Assembly: GCA_963757765.1 (NCBI GenBank)
Contig: CAVWSL010000015.1
Span: 2,360,560-2,424,559, forward strand
From: an uncultured Chloroflexia bacterium
GTDB taxonomy: Bacteria; Chloroflexota; Limnocylindria; Limnocylindrales; CSP1-4
DNA length: 64,000 nucleotides
Direction: 5' to 3'
The notes under the pieces are model-generated. The model was not told the origin of the DNA. It did no database searches and was given only the letters and a program-made list of their open reading frames with translations. Below, piece by piece: positions 46,722 to 56,039 of the stretch. Both the position numbers and the translations under genes were made by a program. Within the stretch, counting starts at the first letter, position 1; each line of letters starts with the position of its first letter.

Positions 46722-47007
46722 GCACGACCCATCCGGGGCCTGCGAGTGGGCTCGTGCGTGGCCCTGCACGATACTCCTGGGGAGTATGGTCAAACGCGGT
46801 TGCGGGGTTCCGGACAGAGCGCTAACGTATGCCGCCCCGGGTCGCCCAGCGAACGCCCCGGAGACCCGCCGGAGCCCACCGGCCGGCCGCTGCGATGCGG
46901 CCTTGGGCTGCGGAACGCAGGGTCACCAGCCGCCCCTGTGGACCGGATCCTCGATCCGTTGCACAGGCTGCGCGGGCAGTGTGCGCCAGGAGCGATGACG
47001 GCTATCG

Positions 47008-48417
47008 ATGGATGCCAAGCAGGTCTGGCGGGCTGCCCTTGGTGAGCTTCAGGTCTCGCTCTCACCAGCGAACTTCGAGACCTGGCTCAAGGACACCGCT
47101 CTCGTGGCAGTCGACGACACGCTCTTCCGCGTGGCCGTGCCCAGCGGATTCGCGAAGGACTGGCTCGAGAGTCGCTACCGTTCGCTCATCAGCCAGACGC
47201 TGGCCCGGGTGGTCGGGTACTCCGTGACCCTCGAGTTCGAGGTCCGGGAGGTCGCTCCCTCGGAGCGGGTCGACAGCGACGATGAGCAGGACACCGCGGA
47301 GCCCGCCGAGGCTACTGCTCCCGCGGCCCCGCGCAAGGCATCCCCCAGGGTCCGGCTGGAGACCGGTCGCGTTGGCGGACCCGAGGGTGGGTCGGTCAGC
47401 CTCAACCCCCGATATACCTTCCGCACCTTCATCGTCGGCTCGGCCAATCGCCTTGCCCACGCCGCGAGCCTGTCGGTCGCCGAGCGCCCCGGCCACGCCT
47501 ACAACCCACTGTTCCTGTATGGCGGTGTGGGGCTGGGCAAGACCCACCTGATGCACGCCATCGGCAATGCCGTCATCGCCCGGTTCCCGCGCAAGCGGGT
47601 CGTCTACGTGACCAGCGAGAAGTTCACGAACGAGTTCATCACCTGTGTCCAGCAGGGCCGGTTCGACGATTTCCGGGCGCGCTATCGACGCATCGACCTG
47701 CTGCTCATCGATGACATCCAGTTCATCGCGGACAAGGAGCGGACCCAGGAAGAGTTCTTCCACACATTCAATGCCATCCACGACGAAGGCAAGCAGATCG
47801 TGCTCTCGTCCGACCGACCCCCACGCCAGATCGCGACCCTCGAGGAGCGCCTCCGCAGCCGGTTCGAATGGGGCCTCATCGCCGACCTCACCGTGCCGGA
47901 CCTCGAGACACGCATCGCCATCCTGCGTGCCAAGGCTGAGGAGCAGTCGGTGCCCATCAGCTCCCAGGCGCTCGAGTTCATCGCGCGCAAGGTCGCGTCC
48001 AACATCCGGGAGCTCGAGGGTGCGCTCAATCGCATCGTCGCCTATGCCAGCATGCAGGGGATGCCCATCTCGGCGGACCTCGCCCAGGCCGTGTTGTCGA
48101 ACGTGCTCTACAACCCCCGCAAGCGGGCCGTCACCCCCGAGCGTATCGCCCAGGCAGTCGCGGAGTACTACGGGGTGGACATCGAGGTGCTCAAGGGCCA
48201 GAAACGCGAACGCGCCATCGTCGTTCCACGCCAGATCGCGATGTACCTGATGCGCGCCGAGACGGAGGTCTCGCTGCTGCGCATCGGCGCCGAGCTCGGC
48301 GGCCGCGATCACTCGACGGTCCTGCACGCCTGCGACAAGATCGACCGTGAGATGCAGGACAACGAGGACCTTCGTCGCGAGCTGGCCGCGGTGCGCGAGC
48401 TCATCTATACCGAATGA
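47008..48417 (+). CDS. dnaA: chromosomal replication initiator protein DnaA
   Basis: Domain I begins MDAKQVWRAALGELQ. The AAA+ domain has GGVGLGKTHL, LLIDDIQF and the sensor motifs. The C-terminal DNA-binding domain is present. Confidence 0.95.
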   Translation: MDAKQVWRAALGELQVSLSPANFETWLKDTALVAVDDTLFRVAVPSGFAKDWLESRYRSLISQTLARVVGYSVTLEFEVREVAPSERVDSDDEQDTAEPAEATAPAAPRKASPRVRLETGRVGGPEGGSVSLNPRYTFRTFIVGSANRLAHAASLSVAERPGHAYNPLFLYGGVGLGKTHLMHAIGNAVIARFPRKRVVYVTSEKFTNEFITCVQQGRFDDFRARYRRIDLLLIDDIQFIADKERTQEEFFHTFNAIHDEGKQIVLSSDRPPRQIATLEERLRSRFEWGLIADLTVPDLETRIAILRAKAEEQSVPISSQALEFIARKVASNIRELEGALNRIVAYASMQGMPISADLAQAVLSNVLYNPRKRAVTPERIAQAVAEYYGVDIEVLKGQKRERAIVVPRQIAMYLMRAETEVSLLRIGAELGGRDHSTVLHACDKIDREMQDNEDLRRELAAVRELIYTE

Positions 48418-49391
48418 GCGGGTCCGGGCCGTCCCCGTCCGGTCCGCCGACCGGGGCGCCGCTCGAATATCGCGCCGAGGTCGACTTCCGGATCGAGTTC
48501 ACCAACGGTGGCGGCATCCAGGGAGCGGGCTACCGGCTGGACATCCCCGCGGTCGACACCAGCGATGACGAGGTCGGCGCGCTGCTGGTCCGTGAGTTGG
48601 GGCTGCTGATGGTGGACCAGGTCCGGATCACGGCGCGCACGACCGTCGCAGAGCCCCATCGTCGGCGTGCCGGGGCAGCGACCAGCCCCGAGGACCATGA
48701 CCGAGCCATCGTGGAGCTATCACATGTCATCCGCGACGGGCTCGTGACCTACCCCGGCCTGCCGGGCCCGGTCATCGAGGACCACCTCTCCCGTGAGGCG
48801 AGCCGGTCGCTGTACTCGCCCGGCACGGAGTTCCAGATCGGGCGCATCACGATGGTCGCCAACACGGGGACCTATGTGGACACACCCTGGCATCGCTACC
48901 CCGACGGTCTCGACCTGGCGCAGGTGTCGCTCGGCCGGCTGGTCGAGCTCGACGGGGTGGTCGTCGACGTGCGCGGAGCCCTCCAGCGGTCCATCGGCCC
49001 CGAGGTCTTCCTGCCGTACCAGGTCGCGCGGCGAGCGGTCCTCGTGCTCACCGGGTGGTCGCGACATTTCGGCACGCCCCGCTACCTCTCCGGGCACCCG
49101 TTCCTCACTGGCGCGGCGGCGGCCTCCCTTGCGGACACCGGGGCGACCCTCGTGGGCATCGACTCCCTGAACATCGACGACATCAGTGGTGGCGAGCGAC
49201 CCGCCCACAGCGCGTTGCTCGCGGCGGGCATCCCCATCTGCGAGCACCTCACGGATCTCGATCGGCTGCCGACCACAGGTTTCCGCTTCAGCGCCGCCCC
49301 GGTACGCGTGGCGGGCATGGGCACCTTCCCGGTGCGCGCCTACGCGACGCTCGACACGCGGGCCGTGGGCCCTGTAGCATCCGGCGCCTGA
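48414..49391 (+). CDS. cyclase-family (kynurenine formamidase-like) protein with an unusual ~100-aa N-terminal extension
   Basis: ATGA overlap with the dnaA stop. The C-terminal ~215 aa is the cyclase fold (IVELSHVIRDGLVTYPGLPGP...TYVDTPWH...). The first ~100 aa (EVDFRIEFTNGGGIQGAGYRLDIP...) was not recognised. Confidence 0.65.
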   Translation: MSGSGPSPSGPPTGAPLEYRAEVDFRIEFTNGGGIQGAGYRLDIPAVDTSDDEVGALLVRELGLLMVDQVRITARTTVAEPHRRRAGAATSPEDHDRAIVELSHVIRDGLVTYPGLPGPVIEDHLSREASRSLYSPGTEFQIGRITMVANTGTYVDTPWHRYPDGLDLAQVSLGRLVELDGVVVDVRGALQRSIGPEVFLPYQVARRAVLVLTGWSRHFGTPRYLSGHPFLTGAAAASLADTGATLVGIDSLNIDDISGGERPAHSALLAAGIPICEHLTDLDRLPTTGFRFSAAPVRVAGMGTFPVRAYATLDTRAVGPVASGA

Positions 49392-49563
49392 TGGACGGCC
49401 CGTTGCGCGTGGGTCGTATGGGCTGTCCCTGGGCGGTTCCGGGTGGACGGTCCCTGCGCAGCGCCCGGGCACGACGCGCCCACTGACAGCCCGATCCCGG
49501 TCTCGCCCTCGTTATCGGCGAGGCTGCCGGGATGGCGCTTCGCGAGCTCCCTCCGAGGTCCAC

Positions 49564-50667
49564 GTGTCACAGCCAGCATCCGACCCGGCTCTCTCGACGC
49601 CACGCCAGCCCGGCACGTCCGTTCACTGGGACGGGGGCGCTGCGGTCATCATCGACCAGCGGCAGCTGCCAGACCGCCTGGTCCACCAGCGTCTTTCGAC
49701 GGTCGCCGCAGCCATCGACGCCATCCGGACCCTCGCGGTCCGGGGCGCGGACGCGATCGGTATCGCCGGCGCCTATGCAGTCGTCACCGGTCTCATCGCT
49801 GCGGGCGATGTCCCCCGCGAGACCCTGCTCGATGAGCTCGACCAGCTGGCGGCGCGTATCGGCGCGGCGCGCCCGACCGCGGTCCACCTGGGTGCCGCCA
49901 TGCGCCGGGTCACAGCGGCCGCCACGGACCCTCGTCACACGGACGCCACCGCCATCCGTGCCGCCGCGCTCGCGGCAGCAGCCGCCATCGAGGCGGAGGA
50001 TCGCGCCGCCTGTGACGCGATCGCGCACCACGGCCGGCGGGAGCTGGCTGGTCGACGTCGACTCCTCACCCACTGCAACACCGGGCGCCTGACGACGGCG
50101 GGCGATGGCACCGCGCTCGGCATCGTCCACGCCAAGCACCTGGCCGGCGAGCTCGACGAGGTCATCGCGTGCGAGGCGCGGCCGCTGCTCCAGGGAGGCC
50201 GACTCACCGCATGGGAGCTGGGCGAGGCCGGCGTGCCCTACCGGCTCATCGTCGATGGCGCCGCCGGCTACGCAATGGCGCGGGGCCTTGTCGACGCCGT
50301 GGTCGTGGGCTGTGACCGGGTGGCCGCGAATGGCGATACCGCCAACAAGGTCGGCACATATCCGCTGGCCGTGCTCGCCGAACACCATCGATTGCCCTTC
50401 TACGTTGCGGGCCCGCTTACCTCGTTCGACCTCCGGACCCCGAACGGCAGCCACATCGTCATCGAGGAGCGTGACCCCGAGGAGGTCCGGACCTTCCGCG
50501 ATACGCCGACGACACCCGTCGACGCGCCCGTATGGAACCCGGCCTTCGATATCACGCCGGGAAGGCTCATCGACGGCTTCATCACGGAAGTGGGGGTGCT
50601 GCGCAGGCCGTACCCCGAGTCCATCCGGGCGGCCCTGGCGGGTGAGCGCGGGGCCCTCGATGTCTGA
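49564..50667 (+). CDS. mtnA: S-methyl-5-thioribose-1-phosphate isomerase (eIF-2B alpha/beta/delta family)
   Basis: LRTLAVRGADAIGIAGAYAV..., CNTGRLTTAGDGTALGI, VGCDRVAANGDTANKVGTY. Confidence 0.85.
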   Translation: MSQPASDPALSTPRQPGTSVHWDGGAAVIIDQRQLPDRLVHQRLSTVAAAIDAIRTLAVRGADAIGIAGAYAVVTGLIAAGDVPRETLLDELDQLAARIGAARPTAVHLGAAMRRVTAAATDPRHTDATAIRAAALAAAAAIEAEDRAACDAIAHHGRRELAGRRRLLTHCNTGRLTTAGDGTALGIVHAKHLAGELDEVIACEARPLLQGGRLTAWELGEAGVPYRLIVDGAAGYAMARGLVDAVVVGCDRVAANGDTANKVGTYPLAVLAEHHRLPFYVAGPLTSFDLRTPNGSHIVIEERDPEEVRTFRDTPTTPVDAPVWNPAFDITPGRLIDGFITEVGVLRRPYPESIRAALAGERGALDV

Positions 50668-51331
50668 TGCCGAGACCCGCCAGCTGCTCGTGGAGCAGCT
50701 CCGGGTGTTCTACGGTCGGGAATGGGTCTCGGGCACCGGCGGCGGCATCTGCGGCCCCTCGGACGACGGCAACCTGCTGGTGGCACCGACCGGCGTCCAC
50801 AAGGAGCGCGTCCAGCCCGAGGACCTGTTCGTCATCGCAGTGGCGGATTCCTCGGTCGTGCGTCCGCCCGCCGGCCCCGGCCTCCGGCCGAGCGAATGCA
50901 GCCACATCTTCACGCTCGTCGCCCGCGAGCGTGGTGTCCGGAGCGTCGTTCACACGCACGCGCTGTCTGCGGTCCTCGCCGCGGACCTGGCGACCAGCAC
51001 CGACCACATCGTCATCAGCGAGCTGGAGATGCTCAAAGGTGTCCGCGGGCTGACCAACCAGGACCGCCACGTGCTGCCGGTCATCGACAACACCGCCCGG
51101 GAACGGGATCTGGCAGCGGCCATGGCCACTGCCCTTGCCGACCCCCGCTTCCAGCGCGCATGGGGTGTCCTGGTGCGTGACCACGGCTGCTACATCTGGG
51201 GCGCCGATGTCTGGGAGGCGAAGCGCCATACCGAGGTCTATCACTACCTGTTCACCGCCGTGGTCGCTCGAAGGGATCACGGCTATCGACCCCCGGCCAT
51301 CCATACCGTTCCACAGGAGGGCGACGATTGA
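50660..51331 (+). CDS. mtnB: methylthioribulose-1-phosphate dehydratase (class-II aldolase/adducin family)
   Basis: WVSGTGGGICGPSDDGNLLVAPTGVHKERVQPEDLFVI matches the MtnB N-terminal consensus closely. It overlaps the mtnA end by 8 nt. Confidence 0.8.
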   Translation: MSDAETRQLLVEQLRVFYGREWVSGTGGGICGPSDDGNLLVAPTGVHKERVQPEDLFVIAVADSSVVRPPAGPGLRPSECSHIFTLVARERGVRSVVHTHALSAVLAADLATSTDHIVISELEMLKGVRGLTNQDRHVLPVIDNTARERDLAAAMATALADPRFQRAWGVLVRDHGCYIWGADVWEAKRHTEVYHYLFTAVVARRDHGYRPPAIHTVPQEGDD

Positions 51332-51753
51332 GCGCGGACCACGACCACGGGCACTACCTGTGTCCGACCTGCCAGCAGCACATCCCGCACGCGAGGATCG
51401 ACGTCGTCGACGTGACCAAGGCGGTCGCGGCCGACAGGTTGACCGAGGCGGATGTGTTCAAGCGCACCTACCTCGGCCATGGCACACAGTCGAGCGTCTT
51501 CGTGTTCCAGGGGCATCCCGGTCCGTTCCGGACGCACGTGCACTCGACGCACGACGAGATCGGCTACGTCCTCGAAGGCACCGGCCAGGTGACCGTGGGC
51601 GGGGTCACCCGGCCGGTCAAGAAGGGTGATGTGTGGGTCATCCCTGCCAACACCCCCCACGGCGGGGCGTTCGAGGACGCGCCCCAGGTCCTGTTCATCT
51701 CCTCGCCCATCGATGACCCGGACAACCAGGACCGGGTCTGGATCGAGGAGTGA
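51328..51753 (+). CDS. cupin-domain protein, possibly acireductone dioxygenase-like (MtnD-like)
   Basis: ATGA overlap with mtnB. The cupin motif HVHSTHDEIGYVLEGTGQV (HxH...E...G) and a second His (PANTPHGG) are present. The mtn context suggests an ARD-like role, but the protein is short (141 aa). Confidence 0.5.
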   Translation: MSADHDHGHYLCPTCQQHIPHARIDVVDVTKAVAADRLTEADVFKRTYLGHGTQSSVFVFQGHPGPFRTHVHSTHDEIGYVLEGTGQVTVGGVTRPVKKGDVWVIPANTPHGGAFEDAPQVLFISSPIDDPDNQDRVWIEE

Positions 51754-51813
51754 CCCGTTCGGCATGCTGACCACGGCCCGCTGCGCTGACCCGACGTGCC
51801 CGGAGGTCGTCCC

Positions 51814-53037
51814 GTGAGCGTCGCGGGCACCGCGGTCCCGCATGGCTACCGGCCTCTGACCATCGAGGAGGTGCCGACCTACATCCGGCAGCGACCACAT
51901 CTCTCGGCGCTGGTCCCCACCGACCCGCTCGAGGTACGAGAGGTCGGCGACGGCAACCTCAACCTGGTGTTCATCGTCCGGTCCGACCCCCGCGTGCCGG
52001 GCGTGGTGCTCAAGCAGTCGCTGCCCTGGGTCCGGGTGTTCGGCGAGGGATGGCCGTTGACGATCGAGCGTGCACGCCACGAGGCTGATGCCTTCGAGAT
52101 CCACCGCACGTTCGCGGGCACGACCTGTCCCGTGTACCACGGCTTCGATCCCGTGCGGTACATCATCGCGATGGAGGACCTCGCGGACCTGCGTATCTGG
52201 CGCTCGGCGCTCAACGACGGCGAGGTCCATGTAGGTGCCGCACGCGATCTCGGCATCTTCGTGGCGCGCATCGCCTTCCACACCTCCGATCTGGGAATGG
52301 ACCCCGAGGCCCGGAAGTGGCAGCTCGCCCGGACGGTCAACCCCGAGCTGTGCCGGATCACCGAGGATCTGGTGCTCACCGAGCCCCTCCGGGAGCACGC
52401 GCACAACTGGTACCTGCCGGCGCTCGACGACCAGGTCCGGGAGCTCAGGCGCGATCTGGCCGCGACCGATGCCCTCTCCCTGCTCAAGCAGCGCTTCATG
52501 ACCCGCGCGGAGGCGCTCATCCACGGCGACCTCCATTCCGGCAGCGTCATGGTCGGGGGAGGCCGGACGGTCGCCATCGACCCCGAGTTCGCGTTCTATG
52601 GTCCGGTCGGCTTCGATCTGGGCGCGATCTGGGCGAACGCCATCATGGCCGGCGTGCGCGGTACGTCGCTCGATCGACCACAGACATTCCAGGAGCACGT
52701 CGCATCGATCGTGCCCACGTCCTGGGATTCGTTCCTCGCTGAGCTTCGTGGTCTGTGGCCGACCCGGGTCGACCCGTCCTTCACGGACGCGGTGCTCAGC
52801 GAGTGGGAGCGCGCCATCTGGGAGGATGCCCTGGGGTTCGCGGCGGCCGAGATGACCCGACGGATGATCGGGTTCGCCCATGTGAGCGACATCGAGACGC
52901 TCGACGAGCAGGCCCGGGCGGTGGCCGCCTCGGCCATCCTGCGCACCGCGCGCGCGCTGCTCGTGGAGCGGGCCGCCATCCATGGACCCGATGATCTACG
53001 GGTGCTCATCGATCGCGAGCTGGCGGGTCCACCCTGA
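51814..53037 (+). CDS. mtnK: 5-methylthioribose kinase
   Basis: The MtnK signature EVGDGNLNLVF is present, with a kinase-like fold (IHGDLHSGSVMV). GTG start with GGAGG 7 nt upstream. Confidence 0.85.
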   Translation: MSVAGTAVPHGYRPLTIEEVPTYIRQRPHLSALVPTDPLEVREVGDGNLNLVFIVRSDPRVPGVVLKQSLPWVRVFGEGWPLTIERARHEADAFEIHRTFAGTTCPVYHGFDPVRYIIAMEDLADLRIWRSALNDGEVHVGAARDLGIFVARIAFHTSDLGMDPEARKWQLARTVNPELCRITEDLVLTEPLREHAHNWYLPALDDQVRELRRDLAATDALSLLKQRFMTRAEALIHGDLHSGSVMVGGGRTVAIDPEFAFYGPVGFDLGAIWANAIMAGVRGTSLDRPQTFQEHVASIVPTSWDSFLAELRGLWPTRVDPSFTDAVLSEWERAIWEDALGFAAAEMTRRMIGFAHVSDIETLDEQARAVAASAILRTARALLVERAAIHGPDDLRVLIDRELAGPP

Positions 53038-53377
53038 CCCCGGTCCCGCGCATCGACGGTGCCCCTGAGGTGGACGGACCGTGGGCGCCACGCTCGCCGG
53101 CCGCATCGTCGATCGTGGATGACGGGCCCATTCGCGAGGGTCGGTGGTGGTGTCGGCGGAGGTGCTCGTGGACAAGTCCGACGGGTCGTCCACCGACTCC
53201 CACACCCGTCCCACACCCGTCCCCGCGAACGGCTCGACGGTCCACGTCCCATCTGGGCCATCCTTGACGCTCCGTCCACGAACAGGGTGTCCGGGGTCGT
53301 CCACTCTGTCCACAGCATGATGATGGTGACGGGATGAGAAGATACCTACCCGATAACGAGGAACAGGGAGCCCCGAT

Positions 53378-54496
53378 GTGAAGCTTTCGGTGATGCAGGA
53401 GAACCTGGCCCGCGGCCTGTCCGTGGTGAGCCGCGCGGTCAGCAGCCGCAGCTCCCTGCCCGTGCTTGCCAACGTGCTGCTCCGGACCGAGGACGCTGGT
53501 CTCAAACTCACGGCCACGAATCTCGAGATCGGCATCACGGCGTGGGTGCCGGGCAAGATCGAGGGCGAAGGGTCCCTGACGGTGCCCGCCCGTCTCATCA
53601 CGGACGTGGTCGGCGGGTTGCCCTCGGGTGAGCGGGTGGACCTCGAGGTGGAGCACGGCACGACGCTGCGCATCACGTCCGGTCGCTACCAGACACACCT
53701 GCGGGGCATCGATGCCGACGAGTTCCCGGTCATCCCCGCCGCGGGCGAGCGTCCGACTACCCGCATCAGCCAGAAGCTGCTGCGCAAGGCCCTGGCGGAG
53801 GTCACCTTCGCGGCGGCGAGCGACGAAGCCCGTCCGATCCTCACCGGTGTCCTCACGCGCTTCTCGGGCGACAAACTCACCCTGGCCGCCGCCGACAACT
53901 ATCGGATCGCAGTCAAGACGCTCCAGACGCTGCTGCCCGTGGAGGACACGAGCCTGGTCGTGCCGGCCCGCTCGTATATCGAGCTGATGCGCATCCTGTC
54001 GGACACGGATGACCCAGTCGACATCATGCTCGCGCCGGCCCGCAGCCAAGTCATCTTCCACGTCGACACCATCGACCTCGTCAGTCGGCTCATCGACGGC
54101 CAGTTCCCGAACTACCAGCAGGTCGTGCCCAGCACCCACTCCACCCGGGTCGTGATGGAGCGGGATGAGCTGCTCAAGGCGGTCCGGCTCTCGGCGCTCA
54201 TCGCATCCTCGGCCGCCAACGTGGTCAAGCTGCGCATCGGCGAGGAGGGGTCGGCGGGCATCACCATCGCGGCTGCGGCCGATGTCGGTGACGCGGAGGG
54301 GCAGGTCGAGGCGACCCTGGAAGGCGACCCCGTCACGGTCGCGTTCAATGCCCGGTACCTGACCGAGGCGCTCCAGAACGTGGATGGCGACCAGCTCGCC
54401 CTGGAGCTCAATGGCCCGTTGTCGTCGGGCGTGTTCAAGCCCATCGGTGATGACGACTATGTCCACGTCATCATGCCCGTCCGCACGCCGTCGTAG
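53378..54496 (+). CDS. dnaN: DNA polymerase III beta sliding clamp
   Basis: MKLSVMQENLARGLSVVSRAVSSRSSLPVLANVLL... is the canonical DnaN N-terminus. Three-domain length (372 aa). Confidence 0.9.
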   Translation: MKLSVMQENLARGLSVVSRAVSSRSSLPVLANVLLRTEDAGLKLTATNLEIGITAWVPGKIEGEGSLTVPARLITDVVGGLPSGERVDLEVEHGTTLRITSGRYQTHLRGIDADEFPVIPAAGERPTTRISQKLLRKALAEVTFAAASDEARPILTGVLTRFSGDKLTLAAADNYRIAVKTLQTLLPVEDTSLVVPARSYIELMRILSDTDDPVDIMLAPARSQVIFHVDTIDLVSRLIDGQFPNYQQVVPSTHSTRVVMERDELLKAVRLSALIASSAANVVKLRIGEEGSAGITIAAAADVGDAEGQVEATLEGDPVTVAFNARYLTEALQNVDGDQLALELNGPLSSGVFKPIGDDDYVHVIMPVRTPS

Positions 54497-54545
54497 GCAC
54501 GGCAGCCGCGCCCAGACGGGTGCGCGGATCACCGCGGATGCCCCG

Positions 54546-55655
54546 ATGCCTGTCGATCACCTGAGCCTCCGGGGATTCCGGAGCTACGTCGAGCTCGAAG
54601 TCGATTTCCCCGCCGGGCCCCAGGTGGTCGTCGGCGACAACGCCGCAGGCAAGACCAACCTCATCGAGGCGATGGTGGTGCTGTCCCAGGGCGGCTCGCA
54701 TCGGACCACCTCGGACCAGGAGCTCATCACCTGGGGCGAGCCCCTCGCGCGCCTCGACGCGGTCGTCTCGTCGGGACGTATCGAGGTCGTCCTCCTCGCT
54801 GCGGGTGCCATGCCCGGTGCCCGGAAGCGGGTGAAGGTCAACGGCGTGCCCCGCCGCACCACGGCCTTGAGCGACGCGCTTCGGGCGGTCGTCTTCGCAC
54901 CCGAGGACATGCAGCTCGTGGTCGGCTCACCCTCACTGCGACGCGGTTCGCTCGACACCCTCGTGGCACAGCACGTCGGTCACGCGGCGGCATCCATGGC
55001 GACGTACGCTCGGGCCCTGACTCAGCGCAACAACCTCCTTCGTCGCATCCGCGAAGAGGCCGCCGGCCGGGACGAGCTGCCCTACTGGGACGGGGTGCTG
55101 GTGATGGAAGGCGGTCGCATCCTCCAGTGGCGCGCTGAGACCATTTCCGCACTCGCCGCGCCCCTCGCCGACGCCCACGCGGAGATCGCACCCGGCGAAG
55201 GAGTGCTCACCATGCGCTCGGTCTCCAATGCCCCAGCCGAACCGGGCGAGTCGCTCGAGGACGCCTTCCGCCGGCGGCTGGCCGAGACCGCAGAGAAGGA
55301 GATCTGGAACGGGGCGACACTGGTGGGACCTCATCGCGACGACGTCGCCTTCGACCTCGCTGGTCGGGAGCTCTCGGGATTCGCATCACGAGGTCAGCAG
55401 CGAACCGCGATCCTCGCCTACAAGCTCGCCCAGTTGGACCTGCTCACGGGGACCGATGGGCGTGCCCCGCTGCTCCTTCTGGACGATGTCTTCAGCGAGC
55501 TCGACCCGCAGCGCCGCGGGCATCTGGTACGCCGTATCGGCGGCCTGCCGCAGGCATTCGTGACGACCACGGCGCTCGCGGATCTCGACCCGACACTCGT
55601 CGCTGCAGCCGCCGCGTGGCAGGTAGTGCCCGGTCGCCTGGAGCGTCTGGGATGA
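54546..55655 (+). CDS. recF: DNA replication and repair protein RecF
   Basis: MPVDHLSLRGFRSYVELEVDFPAGPQVVVGDNAAGKTNLIEA (Walker A), and LLLLDDVFSELDPQRR (Walker B / D-loop). Confidence 0.9.
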   Translation: MPVDHLSLRGFRSYVELEVDFPAGPQVVVGDNAAGKTNLIEAMVVLSQGGSHRTTSDQELITWGEPLARLDAVVSSGRIEVVLLAAGAMPGARKRVKVNGVPRRTTALSDALRAVVFAPEDMQLVVGSPSLRRGSLDTLVAQHVGHAAASMATYARALTQRNNLLRRIREEAAGRDELPYWDGVLVMEGGRILQWRAETISALAAPLADAHAEIAPGEGVLTMRSVSNAPAEPGESLEDAFRRRLAETAEKEIWNGATLVGPHRDDVAFDLAGRELSGFASRGQQRTAILAYKLAQLDLLTGTDGRAPLLLLDDVFSELDPQRRGHLVRRIGGLPQAFVTTTALADLDPTLVAAAAAWQVVPGRLERLG

Positions 55656-55963
55656 CCCGTCGCCCGATGCGCCGTCTGTCTGACCTCCTGCCCGCACTCG
55701 CCAGCCATCTGGGCATCGACGCTGAGCTCCATGCCGCATCGCAGGCACGCACGTGGGAGTTGCTCGTCGCCGAGCTCGTGCCGCATGCCGCAGGAGCGTG
55801 CCGCCTGCTCGAGACGCGCCCGCCCCTGCTCATCGTGAGCGCCCCCGATGCAGCCACGGCGCAGGAGCTCCGGCTCCACGCCTCGACCCTGATCGATGCG
55901 TTCTCCGGCACATCGAGCGGCGAACGTCTTGACGAGCTGCGCGTCGTGGTGCGCCCCGGCTGA
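55652..55963 (+). CDS. dciA: DUF721 / DciA-like protein (helicase-loader-associated)
   Basis: ATGA overlap with the recF stop. 103 aa. Its position after recF is typical of actinobacterial DciA/DUF721. Confidence 0.65.
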   Translation: MTRRPMRRLSDLLPALASHLGIDAELHAASQARTWELLVAELVPHAAGACRLLETRPPLLIVSAPDAATAQELRLHASTLIDAFSGTSSGERLDELRVVVRPG

Positions 55964-56039
55964 GGCCGCTGGTCGATGTCGAAATCTCCATAGACGATAA
56001 ACCGGGCCCGGGCGGCTGTCGCAGTAGACTAGGCCGCCC

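Noticed and set aside
46158-47007. oriC / DnaA-box cluster in the rpmH-dnaA interval.
   Set aside because: There are only isolated TGTGGAC-like half-sites and one short palindrome. There are no tandem 9-mers and no AT-rich DUE. Part of the interval is a probable csaA-like CDS. oriC is not called.
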